A stretch of DNA of 64,000 nt from an uncultured Acidobacteriota bacterium (GTDB taxonomy: Bacteria; Acidobacteriota; Thermoanaerobaculia; UBA5066; DATFVB01), in assembly GCA_963813155.1 (NCBI GenBank), contig CAWEYG010000003.1, positions 608,001-672,000 of the forward strand. The letters are read 5' to 3'. The position numbers and the translations under genes were made by a program. The notes below the pieces were generated by a model. The model was not told the DNA's origin, did not search any database, and saw nothing but the letters and a program-made list of their open reading frames with translations. Of this stretch, positions 31,531-40,866 are shown piece by piece (within the stretch, counting starts at the first letter, position 1; every line of letters begins with the position of its first letter).

Positions 31531-32853
31531 CTATTCTCCCCGGAGAGAGGCGAGGAGCGAAAAGAATTCGTTCGCCTTCCACTCCGATTCGCGACTTTCC
31601 CGTTCCGCCCTCGAGTCCCAGGTGATCCCGCCTCCCGCGTGGTACCGCACCTCGCGGTCGGAGGAAATCGCGGTGCGGATCGCGACGTTGAACGCGAGGC
31701 GCCCCCGGCCGTCGAGATAACCGACGATGCCGGTATACACGCCCCTCGCGACCGGCTCGAGCCGCGAGATCGCGCCGACCGCCGCGCGCTTCGGCGCGCC
31801 CGTCACGGAACCGGGGGGAAACGTGGCGCGGATCAGCTCCGACGCGCCGATCCCGGGAAGCAATCTCCCCTCGACGGTCGATTCGAGATGGTGAAGGCGG
31901 TGCGACCGCAGGCCGCACAGCTCCGAGACGCGGATGCTCCCGGGCTCGCAGACGCGCCCGAGGTCGTTGCGGCACAGATCGGCGATCATGACGTTTTCGG
32001 CCCGGTCTTTCGGCGAGGCGAGGAGGGCCTCGGAGGCACGGCGGTCCGCGGCAGGGTCCGAACCGCGGGGCGCCGTCCCTTTGATCGGCCTCATCTCCGC
32101 GCGGCGCGTCCCGAAATCGGCGCGGAGAAAGAGCTCGGGCGAGGCGGAGATCACGTCGAAATCCCCGCCGAGCAGGAGAGCGGAGTACGGCGGCGGGTCC
32201 GGGCCCGCGAGGCCGCGATAGAGCGCGCGGGGATCGCTTCGCTCGCCCGTCGGTAACGAGTATCGGCGGGTGAGGTTGACCTGGTAGTAATCGCCGCGCG
32301 CGATTCCGCGCCGGATTTCTTCATGGGCGAACCCGTACGCGGGGCCTGCTAGGGAGTCCTCGAGGAGCGGGCCGCGGCCTGGTCCCTGCGCCGGCTCGGC
32401 AAATGCTCCTCGACGATGGGTCGAGTCCCGCGACAGGACCCGCTCGTCGTCTTCCAAGACCGGATCCACTCTTCCGGCCGTGAACCGGTATGCCTTCCCG
32501 TCCGACGAGATTGCAAAGCCCGACTCATGACGAAAAAACAGCGCCGCCGGCTCGGGAGGATTCGAATCGCGGGACGGCGCCCCTTCCCATCGGCTCCCCG
32601 CTTCATACGAAATGAAACCGACCCAGCCCCCGAGAAAGGGAATTTCTTCGGACGCCGGCGTGGAATTTCCGTCGAAGCGGATCGCGTTCAGGAATTCTTC
32701 CAGGCGGCCCTCCTGCCCCCACTCCACCCGGAACTCGTCGACCGGATCCGGCAGGGCGATCGTCCACCGCCCGGAATCGCGCCAGCCGTCGAAGAGCGCT
32801 GCGCCCGGCGCAAGGATCCCGTCGAGAAGGGAATCGCGATTCATCGAGTGCAT
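31531..32853 (-). CDS. pabB: Aminodeoxychorismate synthase component I (chorismate-binding family)
   Basis: GGWVGFISYE, GDYYQVNL, SASPELF, RPIKGT, KDRAENVMIADLCRNDL, FPPGSVTGAPK. Start at 32853 or 32844. Confidence 0.85.
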   Translation of the reverse strand: MHSMNRDSLLDGILAPGAALFDGWRDSGRWTIALPDPVDEFRVEWGQEGRLEEFLNAIRFDGNSTPASEEIPFLGGWVGFISYEAGSRWEGAPSRDSNPPEPAALFFRHESGFAISSDGKAYRFTAGRVDPVLEDDERVLSRDSTHRRGAFAEPAQGPGRGPLLEDSLAGPAYGFAHEEIRRGIARGDYYQVNLTRRYSLPTGERSDPRALYRGLAGPDPPPYSALLLGGDFDVISASPELFLRADFGTRRAEMRPIKGTAPRGSDPAADRRASEALLASPKDRAENVMIADLCRNDLGRVCEPGSIRVSELCGLRSHRLHHLESTVEGRLLPGIGASELIRATFPPGSVTGAPKRAAVGAISRLEPVARGVYTGIVGYLDGRGRLAFNVAIRTAISSDREVRYHAGGGITWDSRAERESRESEWKANEFFSLLASLRGE

Positions 32854-32890
32854 TATTTCCTTTTCCACGTCGCGATAGAGTCGACTGCGC

Positions 32891-33577
32891 GTGAGATTCG
32901 CCGCGATCATTCCGGTCTTCAACGAGAGGCAATCGCTTCCGCTCGTCGTGAAGGACCTCACGGACCCGCGCATCGCGGAGGTCCTCGTCGTCGACAACGG
33001 TTCGTCAGACGGCACGGGGGCCGTCGCGGCGAATCTGCCCGTCCGCGTCGTCCACGAGCCGCGGCGCGGCTACGGAAGCGCCTGCCTCGCGGGCATCGCG
33101 GCTCTGGTTTCCGATCCTCCCGGCGGCGTGCTCTTCCTGGACGGAGACTATTCCGATCACCCGGAAGAGGCCGGCTCGCTCCTCGACGCGATCGAGCAGG
33201 GAGCGGACCTCGCGATTGGCTCCCGCGTGCTGGGCCGACGCGAACGGGGCGCTCTTCTGCCGCAGGCCCGGGCGGGCAACGCGCTCGCGACCTTCCTGAT
33301 CGGGATCCTGTACGGCCACCGGTTCACCGACCTCGGGCCCTTCCGCGCGATTCGCTGGGAAGCCCTCCGCTCGATCGGAATGGAGGACACGAATTTTGGC
33401 TGGACGTGCGAGATGCAGGTCAAGGCCGTCCGCCGGGGTCTACGAATCGTCGAGGTCCCGGTATCGTACCGCCGGCGAATCGGCGTGTCGAAGATCGCGG
33501 GAACGGTCGGCGGGACCGTCCGCGCCGGATACAAGATCCTGTGGACGATCGCGAGATACGGGTGGAAGAGGCCTTAG
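32891..33577 (+). CDS. Glycosyltransferase family 2 (polyprenol-phosphate glycosyltransferase/DPM1-like)
   Basis: IIPVFNE, VVDNGSSDGT, GYGSAC, FLDGDYSD, FTDLGPFRAI, EVPVSYRRR. Confidence 0.9.
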   Translation: MRFAAIIPVFNERQSLPLVVKDLTDPRIAEVLVVDNGSSDGTGAVAANLPVRVVHEPRRGYGSACLAGIAALVSDPPGGVLFLDGDYSDHPEEAGSLLDAIEQGADLAIGSRVLGRRERGALLPQARAGNALATFLIGILYGHRFTDLGPFRAIRWEALRSIGMEDTNFGWTCEMQVKAVRRGLRIVEVPVSYRRRIGVSKIAGTVGGTVRAGYKILWTIARYGWKRP

Positions 33578-33587
33578 AATCGGCCGA

Positions 33588-34019
33588 ATGAGTCAAAAGC
33601 CCCAGATCTACGACCGCGCGGTCGACCACTCGATTCGCGTTCGCTACGCCGAAACCGACCGCATGGGCGTCGTGTACCACACGAACTACATCGTCTGGTT
33701 CGAGATCGGGCGGACCGAGTTCTGCCGCAGCGCGGGAATTCCCTACCGGCAGATGGAAGACGAGGGAATCCTCATTCCCGTCACCGGAGTCGACTGCGTC
33801 TATCGCCGGCCGGCCCGCTACGACGACGGCGTGACGATCCGGACGCGGATGGGCGAGGTCGGAAGCCGGGGATTGACGTTCTTCTACGAGGTCCTCGGCG
33901 AGGACGGCTCGCTGCTCGCGGAGGGCTCGACCCGCCACATCTTCACCGATGCGGCGAGCAAGCCGATCCGGATTCCCGAGAAGGTTCGGGAGACCTTCGC
34001 GAAGTTCCTGGGAGCGTGA
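33588..34019 (+). CDS. YbgC/FadM-like acyl-CoA thioesterase
   Basis: RVRYAETDRMGVVYHTNYIVWFEIGRTE, Y..PARYDD. Confidence 0.9.
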   Translation: MSQKPQIYDRAVDHSIRVRYAETDRMGVVYHTNYIVWFEIGRTEFCRSAGIPYRQMEDEGILIPVTGVDCVYRRPARYDDGVTIRTRMGEVGSRGLTFFYEVLGEDGSLLAEGSTRHIFTDAASKPIRIPEKVRETFAKFLGA

Positions 34020-34035
34020 GACGGAACCTTCCGGC

Positions 34036-35940
34036 GTGAGCGCTCCGCTTCGCCGGCGGGCCCTCCCCGAGCTCGCGGTCTCCGCCCTTTTCGCGGCGCT
34101 CTCCTGCGCGATGACGTGGCCGTGGGTCGCCCGCGTCGCCGACGCGGTGCCGGACCGGGGCGACCCGTACCTGCTGTCGTGGGTTCTCGCGTGGGATTTC
34201 CACCAGGTTTTTCGCGCTCCCCTGCGCCTGTTCGATGCGAACATTTTCTATCCCCTCCGCCATTCGCTCGCTTTCTCCAACGACCTTCTCGGCGTGTTCC
34301 TCCCGCTTTTCTGGCTGCCCCTGCTGGGGCTCGGACCGGTCGCCGTGTACAACGTCTCCGCGCTCGCGGGCTTCGCGTTCACCGGATACGCCGTCTTTCG
34401 GCTCGCGCGGACGGTTACCGATTGCCCCCGGGCGGCGATCCTCGGCTCCCTCGCGTTCACGTTTCTGCCGGGGCGCTTCCTTCATGACGGCCACCTGCAG
34501 CTGCTGTGGGCAGGCTGGGCGGCGCTGCTGCTCGAGTCGGAAATTCTCTTCTTTCGCTCTCCCACGCGGGGCCGGGCGTTCTGGATGGGAACGTGTTTCG
34601 TTCTCAACGCGCTGACCGACGTCTACTGGCTTCTTCTCACCCTGGTTCCCGTCGCCGTCACTTGCGCGATCCTCGCTTACGCCCGGCCGGCCGGCCGGAA
34701 GACCCTCCTCCGCGCGGCCGCCGCTTTCTTCCTCGCCGGCGTCGCGCTGCTCCCTTTTCTGATGCCTTATGCGCGCGCCGCGCGCGAGAACGGCTTCGAA
34801 CGAGGCGCGGGCGAAAACAACTTCATGAGCGCCGTTCCAGCAGACTGGCTGGCGATCAATCCCGCCGTCCGCCTGTACCGGAACGTCCTGACGAGGCGCC
34901 CGCCCACGGGGGAGCGAGCTCTTTTCCCCGGATTCGGGATCCTCCTGCTCGCGGCGGCCGCGTTCGTTCCCCACCGGCGCGCGCCGGACGCTGCCCCCTC
35001 TCCACCGGATGGGAGGGTGGACTCCGTCGTCCGTCTCCTCGATGCTGCCGCGATCACGGCCGTCGGCGCGGCGGTTCTCGCGTTTGCTTTCTGGCCCGGA
35101 GAGGGCACCACGAGCGTCCGCCACGCGAGCACCGCTCTCCTCGCCGCCGCCGTCGCTCTCGGCGTCCGGCTCTGGTTGCGGCTTCCCCGACTTTCCGCCG
35201 GCGCGGCCCGCCGGGGATGGCGGGAGGTCCTTCGAACGACTTCCCGGCCGGAGCTTCATGTGGCGGTGGCCTGGGTCGTCCTGGGATTTCTCGATTCCCT
35301 GGGGATGCACACGCCCTACCACCGCCTGCTCTGGAAATTCATCCTCCCCTATCGGGCGATGCGAGTCCCCGCTCGCGCGGAATTCGTCGCGGCGCTCGGG
35401 CTGTCCCTTCTCGCCGCGGCCGGAGCGCACCGGCTACTCCGGGCAACGCGCCGGCCGGCGGCCCTGTTCGCTCTTCTCGGAATCGCGCTGCTCGCGGAGC
35501 TGCGCGTCGCGCCGATCCCCCTGGTCTCCGCCGAAGTCCGGGTGCCGGAGGTCTACCGGTGGCTCGCGCGGACTCCGATGACGGGCGGCGTCGTCGAGCT
35601 TCCCATGGGGTTCGGTTCGCACAACTTTCTTTACACGCTGCGCGCCGCGGATCACTGGCGGCCCCTCGTCGACGGGACGTCGGGCTTTCAGCCCGCGTTC
35701 GAGCGCCGCCTGGAGGAAGCGAGCGAGCGAAATCCGATTCCCGGCCCCTGGCTGAATGCGCTCGAGGCGGTGCCAGTCTCGTTCCTCGTCGTTCACCGCG
35801 CGACGCTCAGTCCGGCGGAAGCCTCCGCGCTGGACGTGTTCCTGAAATCGGGAGCGCGCGACAACCGTCTTCGATTCGTCGCGCGCTTCCCGGCTGCAGG
35901 GCCGGACGACGAGGTCTACGCCGTCGTCAGGACAAGGTAG
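34036..35940 (+). CDS. Multi-pass membrane protein, GT-C/YfhO-like glycosyltransferase
   Basis: DRGDPYLLSWVLAW, LFDANIFYP, ERALFPG, MRVPARAEF, HWRPLVDGTSGF; many TM segments. Confidence 0.75.
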   Translation: MSAPLRRRALPELAVSALFAALSCAMTWPWVARVADAVPDRGDPYLLSWVLAWDFHQVFRAPLRLFDANIFYPLRHSLAFSNDLLGVFLPLFWLPLLGLGPVAVYNVSALAGFAFTGYAVFRLARTVTDCPRAAILGSLAFTFLPGRFLHDGHLQLLWAGWAALLLESEILFFRSPTRGRAFWMGTCFVLNALTDVYWLLLTLVPVAVTCAILAYARPAGRKTLLRAAAAFFLAGVALLPFLMPYARAARENGFERGAGENNFMSAVPADWLAINPAVRLYRNVLTRRPPTGERALFPGFGILLLAAAAFVPHRRAPDAAPSPPDGRVDSVVRLLDAAAITAVGAAVLAFAFWPGEGTTSVRHASTALLAAAVALGVRLWLRLPRLSAGAARRGWREVLRTTSRPELHVAVAWVVLGFLDSLGMHTPYHRLLWKFILPYRAMRVPARAEFVAALGLSLLAAAGAHRLLRATRRPAALFALLGIALLAELRVAPIPLVSAEVRVPEVYRWLARTPMTGGVVELPMGFGSHNFLYTLRAADHWRPLVDGTSGFQPAFERRLEEASERNPIPGPWLNALEAVPVSFLVVHRATLSPAEASALDVFLKSGARDNRLRFVARFPAAGPDDEVYAVVRTR

Positions 35941-35967
35941 CCGTTTTGTAGCTATTTCGGCTACAAT
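35937..35967 (+). promoter_or_regulatory. Putative TA operator palindromes overlapping a -10 box
   Basis: TGTAGC-N7-GCTACA (35947-35965) and GTAGCCG..CGGCTAC (35937-35964); TACAAT at 35962-35967, 6 nt before ATG 35974. Confidence 0.6.
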
Positions 35968-35973
35968 GGCCGT

Positions 35974-36261
35974 ATGAAATTCGTCAACGTCCGCGAGCTT
36001 CGCAATCGACCGGGGAAGGTCTGGACCGAGATCGAGACCCAGGACCTTGTCCTGACTTCCAAGGGCTCGCCCGTGGGTCTGCTCGTCGGCGTGAAAGACG
36101 ACAGCCTCGAAGATACCCTTTCGGCGTTGCGCCGCGCTCGCGCCACGCTCGCGGTTTCGCGCATCCGGCGGCGGGCGGCAGAACGAGGCATTTCGACCCT
36201 GTCCATGAAGGAGATCGATCGGGAGATCCGCGCGGCCCGCCGTCCGAAACGTAAACGGTGA
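35974..36261 (+). CDS. Phd/YefM-like antitoxin
   Basis: [26 protein letters not shown]-terminus; overlaps the PIN gene by GTGA. Confidence 0.85.
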   Translation: MKFVNVRELRNRPGKVWTEIETQDLVLTSKGSPVGLLVGVKDDSLEDTLSALRRARATLAVSRIRRRAAERGISTLSMKEIDREIRAARRPKRKR

Positions 36262-36671
36262 GGGTCGTCCTCGACACGAACGTCCTCGTCTCGGGCCTTC
36301 TGAACCCGGTCGGCGCGGCCGGCCGCGTCCTCGATCTCCTGCTGGCCGGGGAAATCGCACTGCTCGTGGACGATCGAATTCTGCGGGAATATCGGATCGT
36401 TCTGCCCCGCCCGAAATTCGCGTTTCCGCGCGCCGATATCCTGTCGGTCCTGGAATTCCTCGAATCCGAGTCCGAGCTCGTCCCGGCGGCCCCTTGCGGT
36501 TTGAGCCTCCCCGACCCCGACGACCTCCCGTTCCTCGAGGTCGCGATCTCCGGCAGGGCCGATTCGCTCGTCACCGGCAACCTCCGGCACTTTCCGTCGG
36601 CGATCCGGCGTGGACTCGCATTTCGGATTCAGGCGCCAGCGGAGTTTCTGAAGGCCTGGAGCTCGAAATAG
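36258..36671 (+). CDS. PIN-domain toxin (VapC/PIN_3 family)
   Basis: [35 protein letters not shown]. Confidence 0.92.
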   Translation: MRVVLDTNVLVSGLLNPVGAAGRVLDLLLAGEIALLVDDRILREYRIVLPRPKFAFPRADILSVLEFLESESELVPAAPCGLSLPDPDDLPFLEVAISGRADSLVTGNLRHFPSAIRRGLAFRIQAPAEFLKAWSSK

Positions 36672-36688
36672 GCCCAGTCCCGCGGAGC

Positions 36689-37181
36689 CTAGCCCCCGAA
36701 TGCCTTCTTCAGCGCCTCGTTGACGCCGGGCGGCGTCAGGCCAGACACGTCGCCGCCGAGCCGCGCGACTTCCTTCACGAGGCGGGACGACACGTAGGAG
36801 TACTCCTCCTTGGCCATCAGGAAGACCGTTTCCACGTTTGGCGCGAGGCGCCGGTTCATGAGCGCCATCTGGAACTCGTACTCGAAGTCCGACATCGCGC
36901 GCAGTCCCCGCACGATCATCCGGGCTCCGATGGAATGCGCGAACTCGACGAGCAGGCCCGAGAACTCGCGCACCTCGACGGCCGCCCCGTGGTTCTTCTC
37001 GACGTGCTCGCGGATCATTCGCGTCCTCTCGGCCGACCGTGAAGAGGGGCTTCTTCTCGTCGTTGACGAGCAGCGCGAGCACGAGCCGGTCGCAGAGCTG
37101 CCTGGCCCGCTCGATGATGTCGAGGTGCCCGTTCGTGAGCGGGTCGAAAGAGCCCGGGTAAACCGCAACGCGTTCCGTCAT
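36689..37181 (-). CDS. coaD: Phosphopantetheine adenylyltransferase (one apparent +1 frameshift near 37033)
   Basis: [20 protein letters not shown], then [21 protein letters not shown] and [10 protein letters not shown] in the next frame; span 493 nt. Confidence 0.95.
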
Positions 37182-38215
37182 GCGACCTCCTCTTCCGGCG
37201 CGGATCTCCCCCTCCGAAACAATCCTCCGGGCCGGAACAGTCCCCCGGGAGAGATTTCGAGCCTCGGGTCGAGCGCCTCGCGCCACGAGTCGCCGATCAG
37301 ATTGTAGGCCGCGACCGTCACGAAAATCGCGAGCCCCGGAAATAGCGCGAGCCACCAGGCCTGCTCGGCGTACGCCTCCGACAGCGCGAGCACCCCTCCC
37401 CACGACGGCCGCGGGGGCGGAACGCCGAGCCCGAGAAACGAGAGCGAAGCTTCCGCGAGCGTCGCGCTCGCGACGCCGAACGTCGCCGAGACGAGGACCG
37501 GCCCCATCGCGCTCGGCAGGAGGTGCGACCGGAAGATCTGCAGGGGCGAAAGCCCCGCGGCGCGCGCCGCGCGGGTCGAGTCGAGCTCCCTCGCCTTGAG
37601 GATCTCCCCCCGCGCGAACCGGGCCTCGTTCGGCCACGACGTCAGGGCAATCGCGACGACGATCGTCGCGGCCGACGGGCCCCAGAGAGCCACGAGCGCG
37701 AGAAGGAAAAAAAGCGCCGGAAAGCAGAGGACGATCTCCATCACGCGGGAGACGGCGAGGTCGGCGAAGCCACCGGCGGAGCCCGCGAGGCCTCCGAGGA
37801 GCAGCCCGAGAACCATCGAGGCCGAGGCCGAAACGAGGCCGATCGAGAGCGACGTCGGCGCGGCCGCGATCAGCCGGGCGAGCACGTCGCGCCCGAGGTC
37901 GTCGGTGCCGAGCCAGTGCGAGCGAGAAGGGGCCTCGAGCCGCGCCGGAAGGACGATCGCGTAAGGAGAATAGGGAACCGGCGCGCGCAGCACCGGCCTC
38001 GCGGCGCCGGACGGCTCCCACGCGAAGAGCCTGCCGAACACCGGATAGCCGCCGAGGGCCGGCGCGTGGAGGCCGCCCCGGTCGATCGCGATCAGCGGAA
38101 GGTCGGTCGCGAGAACCGGCGACAGGAGGGCGACCGCCACAAGCGCGCCGACCGCCGCGAGACCCGCGCGAGCGCCGGTCCGGCGCCGAAAGCGGCCCCA
38201 GGTTCCCTCACTCAT
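37178..38215 (-). CDS. Peptide/nickel ABC transporter permease (OppC/DppC family)
   Basis: [45 protein letters not shown]. Confidence 0.92.
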   Translation of the reverse strand: MSEGTWGRFRRRTGARAGLAAVGALVAVALLSPVLATDLPLIAIDRGGLHAPALGGYPVFGRLFAWEPSGAARPVLRAPVPYSPYAIVLPARLEAPSRSHWLGTDDLGRDVLARLIAAAPTSLSIGLVSASASMVLGLLLGGLAGSAGGFADLAVSRVMEIVLCFPALFFLLALVALWGPSAATIVVAIALTSWPNEARFARGEILKARELDSTRAARAAGLSPLQIFRSHLLPSAMGPVLVSATFGVASATLAEASLSFLGLGVPPPRPSWGGVLALSEAYAEQAWWLALFPGLAIFVTVAAYNLIGDSWREALDPRLEISPGGLFRPGGLFRRGRSAPEEEVA

Positions 38216-39182
38216 ACTTCACCCGCGGATCGGCGGCCGCATACAGGAGGTCGGCCAGGAGAGTGGCCCCCAGCGTCAGCACCGCCGTGAAGAACGTCAA
38301 ACCGAGAATGAGCGGATAGTCGCGCGAGAGGATCGCGTCGAAGTAGAGCCTCCCGAGGCCGGGCCAGGCGAAGATCTGCTCGACGATCACCGAGCCCGAG
38401 AGCAGCCCCGGCAGCAGCAGGCCGAGCGACGTCACGAGCGGCAGCAGGGCGTTGCGAAACGAGTGCCGCCACAGCGCGCGCGAGCGGGAGGCCCCCCGGG
38501 CGCGGGCCGCGAGAACGTATTCCGCCGACGACGCTTCGCGGACGCTCGACCGGACGAGGCCCGTGAAGAACGCGAGCGATCCGTACGTCAGGCACACGAG
38601 AGGAAGAACGGCGTGGCGCGCCACGTCGGCGATCGCGGCGCCGGCTGTCGAGCCCTTCGCCGCGTCGGACGCGACCCCGAAGAGCGGAAGCCATTCCAGC
38701 CGAACGGCGAACACCGTGACGAGAAGCATGGCGACCCAGAACGACGGCGTCGAGTACAGCAGGAAGAGCGCCCCGCCGGAGATCCTGTCGAAGGCCGAGC
38801 CCGCCCTCTCCGCCTGGGCGGCGCCGAGGGGAATCCCGATCGCGAGCGTCAGGACCAGCGCGGCCAGGTTGAGACCGAACGTGTACGGAAGCGCCTCCAG
38901 GATTCGCCGGGAGACCGGGCGATGGTCCTGGAACGAGTCTCCGAAGTCGAATCGGGCCGCCCTCGAGAACCACGCCGCGATCTGCCGGGAAAGGGGCCGG
39001 TCGAGGCCGTAGAGCTTTCGAAGGGCGAGCGCCGCGGCGGGCGAAACCCGGCGCCCCGTCTGACGGCCCGCCGCCGAAGCGGGATCCCCGGGAGCGACCC
39101 GCAGAAGGAGAAAAACGGACAACACGACCCCGGCGAGCGTCGGCACGGCGAGGATCAGCCGCTTCCCCACGTAGCGCTTCAA
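38208..39182 (-). CDS. Peptide/nickel ABC transporter permease (OppB/DppB family)
   Basis: TTG start overlapping the SBP stop; APGDP, YGLDRP, DFGDSF, EYVLAARARG, IVEQIFAWPGLG, DPRV. Confidence 0.92.
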   Translation of the reverse strand: MKRYVGKRLILAVPTLAGVVLSVFLLLRVAPGDPASAAGRQTGRRVSPAAALALRKLYGLDRPLSRQIAAWFSRAARFDFGDSFQDHRPVSRRILEALPYTFGLNLAALVLTLAIGIPLGAAQAERAGSAFDRISGGALFLLYSTPSFWVAMLLVTVFAVRLEWLPLFGVASDAAKGSTAGAAIADVARHAVLPLVCLTYGSLAFFTGLVRSSVREASSAEYVLAARARGASRSRALWRHSFRNALLPLVTSLGLLLPGLLSGSVIVEQIFAWPGLGRLYFDAILSRDYPLILGLTFFTAVLTLGATLLADLLYAAADPRVKYE

Positions 39183-40835
39183 AATCGCGGGGCGGCCTCC
39201 CGGTCCCACCAGCCGACCGAGTCGGGCCAGAACTTGAAGAGACCGAGCGGGGTCGTGACGAGGCCCCCGATCCTCCGGGAGACGGCGTACTTCTGGGCGG
39301 ACTGAAGGGCGAACGTCGCGGGCTCGTCCGCGTGCAGGATCGCGTGGAGGCGATGATCGATCGCGATCCGCCGCACGGGATCGAGCTCCAGTCGCGCCTC
39401 GGAGATCAGTCGATCGGCCTCGGGGTCGGCGTAGGAGAGGTTGTTCAGTCCGTTCGGCGGGGCCTGAGACGAGTGCCAGTTTCCGAAGAGGTCCGGGTTC
39501 GGGTCGGACGCCGAATACGACGAGGCGACCGCGTCGAAATCGCCCGCGTCCATCTTCTTCGCGAACGCCGCCCACTCGACGGCGCGCGGATGGCAGACGA
39601 TGCCCGCTCCCGAGAGCGCGTCGCGAAAGACCTCCGCGACCTGCTGCGCCGACGTGCTGCCGCTCCCGTAGAGCAGGTCGAATTCGAATCGCTTTCCCCC
39701 GCGCTCGAGCACCCGGTCGCGCTCCGAGGGCTTCCATCCCGCTCCCGCGAGGAGTTGTTTCGCCCGGGCGGGGTCGAAGGGATAGGGCGCGATGGACGGG
39801 TCGTAGGCCGGGGAGTCGGCGGCCCACGGCCCGGAGAGGACCCGCGCGGTCCCGAGAAACAGGTCCCGCACGAGCGATCCCCGGTCCAGGAGCATCGTGA
39901 GCGCGCGGCGCGTCGCCGCGTCCGAGAAAAGGGGCGAACGGTTGTTGTAGCCGATGTAGAAGTACGAGAGGTCGAAAAACAGGACGAGCCGGCACCGCTT
40001 CAGGAACCGCGGGTCGCCGCGCGCCTGCTTCCATTGCTCGGTCGAGAGCCGCATCTCGTCGATGTCGCCCCGCTCGAGAGCGCGCAGGGCCTGGGCCTGG
40101 TCCGGGAACGATTCGGAACAGGACGCGGTCGAAGTGCGGCCGGGGGCCCCAGTACCGCTCGTTGCGCGCGAGCTCGATCGATTCCGACGTCCTCCAGCGC
40201 ACGAACCGGTAGGGGCCGTTCGAAACGGGCGCGCGGTTCTCGGGCGCCTTGAGCAGGTCGCGGTTCGCGTAGATCGCGGCGGGAAGCAGGGGCAGGTTGA
40301 ACGCGTAGAGACGGTAGGCGTACGGCTGCGCGAAGGTCACCCGAAAGGTCTTCTCGTCGAGCGCCTCGGCCTTCTGGAAGGAGTCCAGGTTCTGGGAGAA
40401 GAAGAGCGCCTCGCTCTTGGGATCGGCGATTCTCTCGAGGGTGAAGACCGCGTCCTTCGCCGTCACCGGCGAGCCGTCCTGCCAGACGGCCTCCGGCCGC
40501 AGGTGCAGGGTGATGACCCGCTGGTCCGGCGAGATCTCCCAGCGGTCGCACAGCCCGCCGACCGGATTCATCGCCTTGTCGAAGTCGATCAGGTTCCGCG
40601 AGATTCCCGCGAGCACGTACGCGTCGTACTCGGAAGTCTGGAGTATCGGGTTGAGCGTCGCCGGCTCCCCTTCCAGCCGCCGGTAGAGGGTTCCGCCTTC
40701 GCGCGGAGAGCCCGCCGTCTCGTCGACGAAGCCGATGCGGACGGGTTCGGGGGCCTTCGAGCGCGGCTTCTCGCCCCCGCACGCGGCGAGCAGGGCCGCG
40801 GAGACCGCGAAAAGTGCCGAAAGGATTCGCCGCAA
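39179..40835 (-). CDS. Peptide ABC transporter substrate-binding lipoprotein, OppA/DppA family (one apparent +1 frameshift near 40105)
   Basis: Lipobox LLAA-C; PATLNP, WQDGSPVTAKD, NGPYRFVRW, YIGYN, YPFDPARAKQLL, WHSSQ. Confidence 0.9.
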
Positions 40836-40866
40836 GAGCCCTCCGTTCGGAGCCCGCCGGCCGGAG

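Noticed and set aside
37178-37262. Duplicated GGLFR peptide in the OppC C-terminal extension
   Set aside because: Only a short imperfect 5-codon repeat in a probably unconstrained tail; no evidence of function.
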